Counted from the first letter of the whole stretch, positions 21,747-33,788 are shown. The stretch is DNA of 61,080 nt, filler included, from Fonticula-like sp. SCN 57-25 (GCA_001724245.1; 7 parts of 7 records of this genome joined end to end with filler, not necessarily neighbours in it), one strand, 5' to 3'. The notes: generated by a model from the letters alone, not told the origin. Numbers and translations: made by a program.

Positions 21747-24556
21747 ATGCGGTTGACGGTCGACAAAATCAGCGCCAAGGTTGGCAAGGTACGCACCTCT
21801 GGTTGCCGTCTCCCCACAAGGCGTTTTGTTAACACGTTGATGTGCGTTTTTGTAGACAACAGACGCACGAACGATACGGAAACTTGACCTTTCGCGCAAG
21901 CAAGTAGACGAGGTAGGAAGTTTTTCTAATTGCTTAAAGCTGCGAGTAGTAGACTTTAGTGACAATCGATTCCGGACGCTTCGTCATATTGACGGACTTT
22001 TTGATGCCCCCACAATCCGAGAGCTAAACTTTACCGGTTGCCCTGTGTGCAAGGTTCATGGATACCGAGCTTACGTCATTGCTCATCTCCCGCGCCTGCG
22101 TCTGCTTGATGGTAAGCCCATCACGGCTGCCGAGCGCGGTGAGGCCTACGCGCAGCATCCCGAAATGATGCCGGCGACGTGGCGCGGCGTGCTCCCCGAC
22201 GATACCGATAGCGATCCCGGAGATGATAGCGACGGCGAGGCGGCGGCTGACGGAGCTTCCGCGGATAAATCCGGCGGCGAGGTTGACCCGCAGGCGTCGA
22301 TAGACAAGCTTGCCGAGCTGGCGGGCGTTCGCTCACTGACAGGAAGCGCGTTGGCACAGGCGGCGGAAAAGTCAGGGGCCGACGACGAAATCGCCACTGA
22401 CGAGACAGAAGCACCGGCGGAGCAGGAAGAGGAGGCGCCGTCCGCCCCGGCGTCCCTCCTAGACGACGACGACTCGATCTTTCGCGGCCGCCGTAGCACG
22501 CCGACCATCTTCTCCGACCCGTCGGGGACCCAATCAAAGCGGTCGTCGGTCGTGATTCAGCCGCGCAAGCCGTCCAAGAAGAATAATACTTTTGATGCCC
22601 TTTTCGACGACGATGACATTTTTGGCGCTTCGCCAAAGTCCGCCACTCGGCCAGCCGCCTCATCCGCGTCGCACTCGCCTTCAACGCCTACCGCGAGCGC
22701 CCCGGTATTAACAACGACTCCTCCGACGCCAGTTTCTGCCGCGGCGACGCCAACGGCCGCTGCGCCGACACCCGCTGCGTTGAAGCCAGTCGCCGAGCCG
22801 CCGCGCGCTGAAAAGGTCGAGGTCAAGTCGACGCCGCCGTCGCCCCAGGCCCGCCGGCCCTCGATCACGGGGACGACCCATTCGCGCATGCGCAGCGCGT
22901 TGGACTTTGACGACGAGCTCGACGAGCTGCTCGGCGCGTCCACCAAGCCGTCCAGCAAGCCTTCACCAAAGCCGAGCCCGGTCGCGACGCGCCCCACGTT
23001 GCCCATCCCTGCACCGATCGCCCAGCCCGCCGCCGCTTCTCCGGCCCAGCCGGCTGCCGCTTCACCGGCCACCGAGGCGCCAGCGTCCAAGCCTGCCGCC
23101 GCGCCCAAGCCAGCGGCCGTCCCTCCCAAGCCGGTGCAGAAGCCGGCGATGCCCGTCCCAATGTCGGTACCGCGGCCGATTCACCCGCAGCCGCCGGCAA
23201 CGAGGCCCGTCGTGGCGACGGCCAAGGCGGCCCCCGTCACGGCCACTCTAAATACCGCCACGGCCTTGTCAAGTCCGACCGCCGCGTCTGCGTCGGCTGC
23301 TCCTGCTGCCGCTCCGCGCGGGAAAGAGTCTGCGGCGCTCGCGCTGTTCTCGGCTGCCAAGGCCGCCGCCGCCGCTGGCGATGCGCAGGCTGCGCCCGGT
23401 AGACCCAGCGGACCAGTTCGACCTGCCGCCCCAGCGGGACTGCCGGCGGCCGCGAGGCCACCCGCTGCAGCGCCTGCTACTGCAGCCAAGCCTGCTCCTG
23501 CAGCGGCCAAGCCTGCGGCTCCAGTAGCAGCGGCCAAGCCCACAGTCCCTGCCACTGCGGCCAGGCCAGCCCCTGCTACTGCTGCCAAGCCAGCCCCGCC
23601 CGCGACTGCGGCCAAGCCTGCTGCCCCTACCGTCAATCCCGCCCTTGCGGTTGACACACGGCCGGCGACTTTGTCTACGGCTGGCGTCGCGCCTGCTGCT
23701 GATGCTGGTCATCAAGCAGCGTTCGTGGACGCTGGCCCGGCGGTGCACGACCCGTGGAAGGCGCCGGTGGCGAAGAAGGTACAAAAGGCACCCAAGGCGC
23801 TGCCCGTCGTCGCCGAGAGCAACCCGTGGGGCAACACGACAATTTTGCCGACGACGCTTCCTGCGTGGCAGTGCGCACACCCGCTTTAGTTTTGTGCATA
23901 TACTCATAATTGGTTTAGGAACACGCCCAATATCTCGCCCGCCGACGCGGACAACCCGTGGGCCAAGGAGGAGAGCTCGCGGTCGCACGCGCCCCCGGCC
24001 GCCGCCCCGAAGCCCGCCCCGACGCGTCCGCTCGCTCGTCGACGCGCCCAAGCCAAAGCCCGTCGTCGCCCCCAAGGCTGCCCCCGCGTCAGTGGTGGCG
24101 CCGGCAGCAGTCGCCGCACCGGTAGTTGCCGCTCCTGTGGCCGTACCAGTGGCCGCGCCCACCGCCGCTCCTGCAGCCGTACCAAAGCCAGCACCGGTGG
24201 CCGCGCCTGCGGTCAGTGCTCATGTGCCTGCCCCTGTGGCTACCGTGGTGGCGCCTCTTCGCGAGCCCGAGCCTGCTTTCCAGACCCGCCCGGCCCCTGC
24301 GGCGGTTGCCGCAGTGGTGGCGCCCGCCCTGGCCGCGGAAATGAACCCGTGGGGTGCAGAGGCGAGCAGCGACCCGTGGAAGACGGACGCTCCCGCGCGT
24401 AGCAAGCCTCTCGTCGTCCCGAGTGTGCCGCCGGTGCACGCCGCGCTGCCGGATGACGTGCTGAACCCCTGGGGAACGCCCCAGTCGGTCAAGTCTGCCG
24501 GGCTCTCAAGCAGCAAGGCAGCCCTTCTGGACGATTTGGACCCGTGGAAGACGTGA
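21747..24556 (+). CDS. N-terminal LRR/LRRcap protein with a long acidic and Pro/Ala-rich tail bearing DPW/NPW motifs
   Basis: IRKLDLSRKQV..LRVVDFSDNRF..IRELNFTGCPV..YRAYVIAHLPRLRLLDG. Introns near 21780 and 23871; apparent 1-nt frameshift near 24030. Confidence 0.75.
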
Positions 24557-24761
24557 TGGCCCGCGTTACCGGCCCTGCAATGTGTACCCTAAGTATCCCC
24601 ACCAGTTTTTGCGTCGCATGTACATTTTGCTATCCCCCTAAATTGATCAATGAAACACAATAGTGTAATGTGTGCGGGTGCAGGTATGTAACAAGTCAAA
24701 TTTGAAATATAAAGGAACATGTACAACGTTGACGAGAAGCAGTTTTCCACAGTGCGACTGC

Positions 24762-25326
24762 CTAGTAGCGATCGCGACCACGGTCTCTGTCACGGTCGCT
24801 CCTGTGGTGGTCCCTGTCGCGGTCACGGTCGCGGTCACGGTCACGGTCACGGTCGCGATCCCTCTCGCGGTCACGGTCACGGTCACGATCCCTTTCGCGG
24901 TCACGGTCGCGGTCACGATCCCTGTCGCGGTCACGGTCGCGGTCGCGATCCCGGCTGTCACGGTAGCGGTCGCGGTCCGAGTCGCGGTACCGATCGCGGT
25001 CGCGATCCGAGTCGCGGTATCTGTCGCAATCGCGGTCGGAGCGGTCGCTGTAAGACGACGTCTCCACCTCGCGGCCAGAGTGGCGCTGGTTGACGTCAGG
25101 CCCGCCTTTCCTTGTGTAACCGAGCCCGCCACCGAGGCGGCGAGGCTTGAATCCCTTGACGGTGCGGCCGCGCTCAACGTCAACAACACACCGCCGGTTA
25201 TCAATCTTGCGGCCATCACCGGCCTTGTATGCAACTAAGCGACAAGTGCGCGTTAGCTATCAAGAAGAGCCCAAAAAGATCCCTCGTACTCTTCATGTCT
25301 TTCTCATGTTCAAACTCGATGAAGCA
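24762..25326 (-). CDS. SNRNP70: U1 snRNP 70K, 3' part (RRM end and RD-repeat tail)
   Basis: [49 protein letters not shown], then (RD)n. Confidence 0.95.
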
Positions 25327-25426
25327 NNNNNNNNNNNNNNNNNNNNNNNNNNNNNNNNNNNNNNNNNNNNTTAATTAATTAANNNNNNNNNNNNNNNNNN
25401 NNNNNNNNNNNNNNNNNNNNNNNNNN
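25327..25426. other. Artificial contig linker
   Basis: N-run with central TTAATTAATTAA. Confidence 0.98.
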
Positions 25427-26142
25427 ATCCCCAGCGCGTACATTGACCCATCAAGCAAGCAGGTGCGCAATGCCAACCTCCAGGACAGCGAATTTATGAA
25501 GGTGCCCGAGAACCGTTCCGCGAGCGGCTTTGGCATCACGTACGCAATCCATTCGATGCATTTTCCCGTCATTTTCCAAACCTTTATTGACTTTTGTTAT
25601 TCAGGTTCGCGCCCACTGTCCTCCACCCTCACAGCATCGGCGAGCTCCGCCTCAAGTCCAACGACCCCCTGGCGGACCCCATCATCGATGACCGCTGCCT
25701 CTCGGACCCGCGCGACGTGGAGGTGCTCGTGCGCGGCCTGCGCCTGGCACGCAAGATGGCCGCCTCGGACGCCTTCAAGGGAAAGATCAGGAGCGAGCTC
25801 TACGACTCGTCGATCCCCTTTGACCCCAGCACCGACGAGTACCTCGAGCAGTACGCGCGCCGTATCACGGTGACCGTCTACCACCCCGTGGGCACTTGCA
25901 AGATGGGCGTAGAGTCGGACTCAATGGCCGTTGTGTGCCGTACGAACAGCTCTTTACCTCTCTATTCATCAGGCTAATGCATTGCGCGTGTTGCAGCGGA
26001 ACTGCGCGTGCGTGGCATCCGCAACCTGCGTGTGGTGGACGCTAGCGTGATGCCCACGCTTACCAGCGGCAACACCAACGCGCCGGTGATCGCAATGGCC
26101 GAGCGCGCGGCCGACCTTATCCGTGGAATCATTCGTAACTAA
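25427..26142 (+). CDS. GMC oxidoreductase, C-terminal part
   Basis: [69 protein letters not shown]. Confidence 0.93.
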
Positions 26143-26341
26143 AGTGGAAAATAATGAAGCGAAACAGAAAATATTATTATATACAAAGGGGCCATAAAGG
26201 AAAGAGAAGTGAGGAGGAAACAACATGCGGGAGACTAGCATACAAAGTGAATAACGAGAAGGAAAGCAGCGCATGGTTTCCGGCATAAAGACGTGCTCGG
26301 CGTTATTCAGCATTCTTGTCGCACAAAACACACAAACTCAA

Positions 26342-27455
26342 TTAGGCCTTCGAAAGCTCCTTCTTCTTGGGGTTCTTGCGCGGGGGCGTGACCGGCTTGC
26401 CGCTTTGCCCGTACGCGTACTTCTGCTTCTTCTCAGCGGGCTTGAGAATCTGGAACGAGCACATAAGAGTCTCGTCGACGCTCATCATGGCGCCGGCATT
26501 GTCGAATTCACCGCAATAGTTGGGCGCCGAGAAAAGAGTGACAAGCTGACGCTTGGCAAAGAACTCATAGCCGTCCTCAACGACCTGGTGAGCACGGCAG
26601 ATAAGATCCATATCGTGCTTCTGCAAAAACTTGTTGACCACATCGGGGCCAAAGGTGAACGAAACACCACGGTCATTGTCACCCCAGCCGACAATGTCCT
26701 TGTCGGGGTCGGACCAGAGAAGATCGCAAAGAAGACCAGTGTCCGGCACGTCGGTCGGGCGCATCACGCGGCGAATCTGCTCCATCGACTGGAGGTCGGG
26801 GGAAAGACCACCGTGCATGCCAAAGATCTTCTCGTCAATGATGGCGGCAATCGGGAGGCAGTTGAAGCAGTCGGTGAAGGTCTTCCACAGCTTGATGTTG
26901 TAGCGACGCTTGCCTGCATTAAAGTGTCAGTTTGCGCAAACTGAACAAAGTAAAAAAGCGTACACTCGTCATAGAAACCATAGATGCGGTTGATGCTGGC
27001 GCATTCGTGGTTACCGCGGAGAATGAAAAAGTTCTCCGGGTACTTGATCTTGTACGCAAGGAGAAGGCATATCGTCTCCATGCTCTGCTTTCCGCGGTCG
27101 ACATAGTCGCCGAGGAACAGGTAGTTCGAGTCCGGCGGGAAGCCACCGTACTCGAAAAGACGCAAAAGGTCGTAGTACTGACCGTGAATGTCGCCTAAAA
27201 GTGACACGTCCCCAATGTTGGCATAAAGGAAACATAAAAACAAAAAAGAGGCGTACCGCAAATCTTGATGGGCGCCTCGAGCTCCAAAAGAATCGGCTGG
27301 CTGATGAAAATATCGCGAGCCTTGGTGCAAAGGAAGCGAATTTCGTGCTCAGCAAGCGAGACCTGCTTTCCGGGGCGGCTGCCGCGGACTTCCAAAAGAC
27401 GGGTGATCACATCGTCGATATCGACGGGAGCGTTCGCGTCAACGGGAGTAGTCAT
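26342..27455 (-). CDS. GLC7: Protein phosphatase 1 catalytic subunit, 3 exons
   Basis: [27 protein letters not shown]; canonical PP1 sequence. Confidence 0.98.
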
Positions 27456-27893
27456 ATTGGATACCTCTAACAAAGAGAGCCATATGTTAGTTCCACTGCA
27501 AATGACCTTAGGAATGGCGGATGCAGAGAACAGGCCGCGGATGCACAGAGAAACACCTCCCAAGCGTTTGGATGCTGACCAACGGATGCATCCGTTGCAA
27601 ACTCAGGGCATCCATCGGCCCGCCAACACATCCATAGCTCAAATCCCCTCAAAAAGCTCAGCGTACCGTTAGCTACGCGCGGAAACAGGAACTGGTCCCC
27701 ACGAGCGTCTCTACCAAGGATGAAGAGGAGGTCAACGCCTGGAACGGATGCCGGGCGATGGTTGACTGGGTCGCACTACTACAAGAGCCGTTGTTTGTTT
27801 TGAATTCGTTGCGCGATTTGATTGGCCAATCTCTACAACCTTGTGCACAGGGCCACAGGCACAGAGTGCGTGCCTGCTTGGTTCTCCGCACCC

Positions 27894-29318
27894 ATGCTGT
27901 TGGTGGGCCGCGCGGCGGCCGTGGCCGCTTTGCTGGTATGCATATTCTTGTCGACCAGCAGGCTGCTCTTTGTAGAGCAAGCGAACGGACCAACGATGCG
28001 GGAGATGGTTCTGGCTGAGCCGGGACCCATCGGCGCGTTCAAGGCAACCTCCGCGCCCGACCAACCGAGCGAGCCCCCAAAGGCGCCAGCTACGCTGAAA
28101 AGTAACATGAAAGTGAATGGTCTTGGCCAGGACGTCATTGAGGCGATGGCATTTCTCGAGTCAAGCATGATCGAACGGCAAGCTCGCTATTTGAAGGATC
28201 CCATGGCGGACGATGCCAAGTTTGTCATTTATCACTGTGATAGTAGCTCACCCTTGTGCGGCGGTTTCGGCGATCGCATGAACGGGCTGGTCACTGCGTT
28301 TGCATTTGCTGTCACCACGGAGCGCGCACTGCTTATTAGCTGGTCGCGGTACACGCCGCTGACCTTGTTCCTTGAGCAGAATTTGCTCGACTGGGAGGCG
28401 ACGCCCGAAGTGCTTGCGTCTTTGCCCGACAGCCAGCGAACGATCGCCTGCCTGGACGGATGCGACACGATGCTGTACGAGGCCGACGTTGACTATCCGG
28501 AACGCGTGCTGCATATTCGCACCAATGTGCAAATCGGCGGCGCGCTCCTGCACAACCCGCACCCCAACAATGCAAAGTACAAGGTGAACCTGATCGACCA
28601 GCGCGACGGTCTCTTCTTCCGGTTCATGTTCCATGTTTTGTTCAAGCCGTCGCCGCCCCTTGAGGCCCTTTTCAAACCGTACTTGTCAATGATAAGCTCT
28701 GAAGTCTCAGTGATTGGCATGCATATTCGCACCGGTGGGGACGGCGGGTGGTATGACCCGCAGTTCAACACCGCCAGCATGCTTGACACATACAAGCTGT
28801 ACGCTAAACTTTTGCATTCGAGTGTCCCGCATCTTTCGGCGCGGCCCATGCGTCTGCTCCTCGTGACAGACTCGGGAAAGCTGCTCGAGTCGGCTCGCGC
28901 GGTCGACGGCGACATCATTTCATCTGAAGGCTCGGGATTGCCAATCAGCCACCTCGACAGGACGGGGGCGAATTCTTTCGAAGGGCACGCCCGCACATTC
29001 TTGGACTTGCTGCTGCTCGTGCACGCGGACGGTCTTGTTATCCCGCGAAGCGGTTTCAGCGAGTACTCGTCGGCGATTTCCTGCGCGCCCACCATCGTTG
29101 TCAACGCTCTCATGAACGAAGGCCGCGCCTACCGAGGCGATGTTACAAACATGCTTACACACGGTCTGTGCCACATGTTGCCGCACAGGGAGCGCGGCAA
29201 TATCGGAGGGCTTCCGCCGGACTTTTACGCCGACATGCTGGTCACGGCCAAGCAGGCGAAGGAGGCCTCAAGCCAAGGCGAGGACTTGTTCCTTCCTGGT
29301 GCATTCAAGTACTATTAA
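27894..29318 (+). CDS. Type II membrane GT-B glycosyltransferase of the alpha-1,2/1,6/O-fucosyltransferase superfamily, intronless
   Basis: N-terminal signal anchor; GGFGDRMNGL, IGMHIRTG, LLVTDS, DLLLL..AD....SGFS motifs. Confidence 0.75.
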   Translation: MLLVGRAAAVAALLVCIFLSTSRLLFVEQANGPTMREMVLAEPGPIGAFKATSAPDQPSEPPKAPATLKSNMKVNGLGQDVIEAMAFLESSMIERQARYLKDPMADDAKFVIYHCDSSSPLCGGFGDRMNGLVTAFAFAVTTERALLISWSRYTPLTLFLEQNLLDWEATPEVLASLPDSQRTIACLDGCDTMLYEADVDYPERVLHIRTNVQIGGALLHNPHPNNAKYKVNLIDQRDGLFFRFMFHVLFKPSPPLEALFKPYLSMISSEVSVIGMHIRTGGDGGWYDPQFNTASMLDTYKLYAKLLHSSVPHLSARPMRLLLVTDSGKLLESARAVDGDIISSEGSGLPISHLDRTGANSFEGHARTFLDLLLLVHADGLVIPRSGFSEYSSAISCAPTIVVNALMNEGRAYRGDVTNMLTHGLCHMLPHRERGNIGGLPPDFYADMLVTAKQAKEASSQGEDLFLPGAFKYY

Positions 29319-29494
29319 TTTTACCAATATTTTTTGTGGACTGTATATTAATCACCTGTACAATGTACTATTATATATAATGCAAGCTTTATATTCAACA
29401 TCTCAACTCAGAAGTCTAGGATGTCAACAACAGATAATTCTACTAAAGCACAGTAAACACAACTACATAAAAAGGGCAGTTACAGAGAGTAAAA

Positions 29495-30204
29495 TTACAG
29501 CAACATGCAGGGATTCCTGGACGATGCATTTGGGCGCTGGCTGAGCGCTTCAAACCTGCGAATCTCGCGAACAAGCTCGAAAAAAGCTTCATCGACGTTG
29601 ATCCGCTCCCTCACGGTCGTTTCAATAAACTTGCAGCCCAACGTCTGGGCAAGGTCCATGCCCTGCTGCTCGGTGATGACGCGATCATTCTCGGACTTGC
29701 TATCCAGCTTGTTGCCGACAATGACGACCGGAAAAGTCTCACGGTCCTTGATACGCAAAATTTCCTTGTGGGTACTTGTCACTTCGGTAAAAGTGTCTCT
29801 GTTATCAATCCCATAAACAATGAGAAAGCCTTGCCCAACGCGCAAGACCTGTTCGCGCATGGCGCTGTTCCTCTCCTGGCTTGCAGTGTCGATTACTTCA
29901 AGTAGGGCAACCTGGTCGTCGATCACGCACTGCTTCCGGTACGAGTCTGACCGAACCACAGTAAGACCTTGAGGTAAAACAAAAGAATGACCCGCCTTGC
30001 TTCAGCACATACCCTCAATTGTTGGATCATAGTCGCCTTCAACGTCTACTCGAATAAACTGAAGGACAATCCCCGTCTTGCGAGTACTTGCGATACATGG
30101 AGTAGTTGAGCCGCAAAGTGCAAATTCTATTAAAACCGGGGCGTACTGGTATCGCCAAGAACAACGAGCTTGTACTCGCGCATGTACTGCGTCTTGGAAG
30201 TCAT
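29495..30204 (-). CDS. Ras1-like small GTPase paralogue with degenerate G-boxes (possible pseudo-GTPase or pseudogene)
   Basis: REYKLVVLG, YDPTIEDSYRKQCVIDD, GNKLD and CAAX CMLL are present. G1 is GDTSTRKT, G3 DTASQ, G5 ETTVR, and intron 1 lacks a normal-length in-frame AG. Confidence 0.8.
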
Positions 30205-30355
30205 GGGAAGGATAGATAACAGCACGGCGCCGCTGCAGACCCCCTGACGGTAACCTTCGCCGCGGCACAAATGGTGACACACGTTTGTGGGATCGTCCCG
30301 CGTTGTCATCGGTGTTGGTCACGCTTCCCAAACCTTGGCTCGTCTGTGGTAAGCG

Positions 30356-31257
30356 ATGCCGGCTGTTGGGTGGACGAAAGCGCTGAAAGAGGCGCGCGAG
30401 TATGCTTCTGCATGCAAGCAGACACCAGCGACCTTGCGCGACGCCTTCTGCAAAGTGGATCCCGACGAGGATAACGCGTCCGTCGACTTTTCGACCGTCC
30501 AGGCTTTGTCAAAGTGGCTGAAATCGCGTCCCGAGGCTGATCGCCCTGGTGCGAGCCACGCTTCTCATTGTCTCTTATTGCTTACAGTTGACTTAGCTGC
30601 TGTTTATATTCACGAGCTATTGAAAGGAAGCTGTCTTGTTTTCCCGGTGGTCGAGCCGCCGCCACGCGTACGCTCGCCTGTTCCCATGATGAAATAACCA
30701 ACACTGGCGCAGAACCCTGAGCTTGTTGAGCGGCTGAAGCGTTTGAAATATGAGCAGGACGAGAAAGAATACCAGCAAATGATTACTGGCTCGTCGAAGC
30801 GAATTGTGGTGAATAGCAAGGCGTGGAACGAGGATATCCGCGAAGTGCGCAAGGACATGAACGCAATGAGCGACGTTGCCAACGTGCTCTTCTCCGTCGG
30901 CGGCGTTTTCACCGCCGCGTACGTCGCGTCCGTAAGTTTCACTCACGATGTCGGACTGGTGCGTGCCCCCGTTCGCGCGACGCTTGTGCTCACTTTATTC
31001 TCCAGCGACTGTTGTTTGCACTTGCGTGCGGGCTCGTGGTGCTCTTTGCCGACCTCTACCTGTATACCAAGTATGGCTACCTTGGTTTTGCACATGACAA
31101 GGACGCTCTCCGTGCTGCTGCCGCTTCTCGCAAGCCCAAGCCTGTTGACCGAAAGATTATTGCGTCGTTCTCGACGGCCGACCAGGGCGAAATCAATTTG
31201 GAGGGCCTCGAGGTTAAGGCAGCGACCAAGCGACCCGTTTTGAAAGAGGCGTTGTAG
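30356..31257 (+). CDS. VMA12: V-ATPase assembly factor Vma12/TMEM199
   Basis: YIHELLKGS..PPPR|NPELVERLKRLK..EYQQM; two TM helices (NVLFSVGGVF..; ADLYLY). Confidence 0.85.
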
Positions 31258-31398
31258 TCAAGTCTTGCCTTTTTTGTTGTATAGAGAGGCGCAATATGTC
31301 CCATTTTTAATATAGAGTGAGCCGCCTGCACTTTGCTTCCACATTTGGGGGGTTGCCGATCCGTCCCCCCAGTGCACTGTCATCCTTTCACCGTCGCG

Positions 31399-31969
31399 AT
31401 GTCGTCCAAGAAATCGCGCTCGAGCGGTGGAGGCGCCCGCCCTCTCGTAATCAAGGTTTGTGCCAGTGGTTAATATAACGGGGAGCTAACCTGTATCTTT
31501 TTGTTTCAGGCGGTTGTTGCGCCGAAAGATGAGGATGGTGAGTCTGGTCCCGCGGCGACCAAGCCATTCAAGAATCCCGCCTACAAGCGCGTTTCCGGCG
31601 CAGGGAGGAGGAAGAACCTTAAGCAGGTCCTTGCCGCTGAAAAGTATCATTTGTGGCCCGTGGACGTTCCTAATTGTGCGTGTATTCCCATTCCATCCGC
31701 GCCATCTAACTGTTTTATAGATGTTTCCATCGCGGCGCCGCCGCCATTGCTGCCCGCCAAAAAGTACTGCGACATCACTGGCTTGCCGGTACGCCCTTTA
31801 TTTTTACATGGCATCTGTAGTTCTTACAGTTTACTAGGCTCCCTACCTGGATCCCAAGACGCAGTTGCGGTACCATAATACCGAGATTTACGCATATCTG
31901 AACTCGCTAGCTCCTGCCAACGTACAGGCCCTGCTTGGGCTGCGCAATGCTGCGGTGAAGCTCAGCTAA
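31399..31969 (+). CDS. IES6: INO80 complex subunit Ies6/INO80C
   Basis: PFKNP..KNLKQ..SIAAPPPLLPAKKYCDITGLP|APYLDPKTQLRYHN..LRNA (YL1_C domain). Confidence 0.92.
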
Positions 31970-32027
31970 ATGTCACAATATTGATTATTTGTTATGCCAT
32001 ACTGTACAATGTATAATTCATATAATT

Positions 32028-32948
32028 CTATTTCTTCTTATTTTGGAGCCGCTCTTGCTCTTGTTCCTCCAGCTCCAACTCTTCCAACAATTCGTCTAGC
32101 TCGACTGTTTCCTCGTCCTTTTCGTCATGAAGCACGGGCCTAGGAGCTGATTTCCTGCTGTGGCTAGACGATGCCGCTGAGTTGGGCACATAGCCAATGA
32201 GGTCTTGCGGTAGCATCGGCGGTAGCCCATGTGCCAAGCGCGAAACAGTCGGGACCCCGTGGCTGTCCTTGTCGACAGGCACGCGATACAGGAATTGTCT
32301 ATAGTGTCGACGCCACACTCGCGATAGCTTTGGGTCCGACCTATGCGTACACAAGCATTAGACTCATCGTACACACAAACTGCGACGCGCACGCTTTCCG
32401 CTCCAGCCATTGGAGGTATTCCGGGGGCACCGGCGGCAGTGCGGCCAGTTCAGCTGCAGACGGAATGCTGACGGAATGCTGCCGCTCGTTTTCGGCTTTT
32501 TGTTTGGCAGGCGGTTCTTGGCTACATCTTCCAGTGAAGTGTCGCCCGAAAGCTAGTCGATCCTGTTCTTAGCACAGCCACGTGCGAGGGCGAGAGTGCG
32601 CACGCGGTAAAACACATGCTTGACAGGGCCGCTCCTCCCAAACGCAATATTAAACACCCGCATTACTGCCGACCGCTCCGCCGCAACGGCATGAGCCACG
32701 CGCCGCGCACCCTGACGCGCTGCCGCCACATGGCGCGTCACCGCGATCGGGTCAGTCACCTTGCTACCCCGCCGAAACATCTCGCGGCATCGAACGCGAA
32801 TCGCAAGCCTAGCGCGCACGATTCAGTCAAATGTACCATTCAAAAGATATTGCCCGCACGCTCCAACATCGTCGGGAAACAGATCTGCGAGCCTCAGGAT
32901 TCGCCTATAGCAATGCAGGACCTGCTCGCGCTGCTGCGCCGCAAGCAT
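32028..32948 (-). CDS. LYR-motif (Complex1_LYR-like) protein, probably mitochondrial, multi-exon
   Basis: VLHCYRRILRLA..FPD...R..FR....TDP pattern at the N-terminus, then AFGRSGPVKH. Confidence 0.55.
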
Positions 32949-33012
32949 CGCTGGTGGTTCAACTTTGCAGTTTGCGCGCCAACGCACAGGTGACGTAATC
33001 ATACAGTTGCAA

Positions 33013-33356
33013 ATGGCACCTTCCCGTCCGATGGAGGCGGGCAAGCCGCACGCCCCAGCTGCCGCCGAGCCGGCGCCGCTGCTCAAGTTTGACAAGGGCA
33101 AATGGTTAGGCGCGGCTCGACGCACGCTCTGGGGAGCGATTCTGATTGGGACGTTCGTCGCCATCATTTTGGCCGGGCATGCGTATCTCATGGCGCTCGT
33201 GCTTGCAATTCAAGCGGCTGCCTTTTACGAGATCGTGCGCATTGCCCACGAGCCAGGGAAGGAGCGCAAGCTGCCATATGCATGGTACCTAAATTGGTCG
33301 TTCTTTCTGACGGCCAACTTTTACCTATACGGCGAGGCGTTGCTGCACTTTTTTAA
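33013..33356 (+). CDS. CDS1: Phosphatidate cytidylyltransferase (CDP-DAG synthase), 5' part
   Basis: KW....RTLW..ILI..F..II.AGH...LV.AIQ...FYEI..I....LP....LNW.FF...FYLYGE. Confidence 0.88.
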
Positions 33357-33456
33357 NNNNNNNNNNNNNNNNNNNNNNNNNNNNNNNNNNNNNNNNNNNN
33401 TTAATTAATTAANNNNNNNNNNNNNNNNNNNNNNNNNNNNNNNNNNNNNNNNNNNN
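33357..33456. other. Artificial contig linker
   Basis: N-run with central TTAATTAATTAA. Confidence 0.98.
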
Positions 33457-33788
33457 GAGTGGAAAAAACGACAAGAAAAAGTCCGATGCCCCAAGTGAAT
33501 AGGTAATCCTATGTTACTTTGGTCCCAGCTACCAGGAAGCGCACGCGGGGTGGTTGCAGATGCCACCTTCTTTGAAAGTCGGAGGGGAAGGAATGCACAC
33601 CCCCGCAATAAATTTGGGAATGTCCAATAGTGGTGAGTCATCGTTGCTCCTCGCTCTTTGTGCGAGCTTTGCCGTCTGTTTGCGGTGCGAGGGATCGACT
33701 CTGTCTGCTGCTGCCTTTTGGCCTTGTACGCGTGTTAAGCAAAGGAAGCGCTTGTTGCTAATGTTCATTTTTAGGATTGTGGGCCGTC

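Noticed and set aside
24770-25050. Long (cggtca/cggtcg)n array with ORFs in several frames (VTVAV, GHGRG)
   Set aside because: It is the normal RD-dipeptide tail of U1-70K on the minus strand, not CRISPR or a separate gene.
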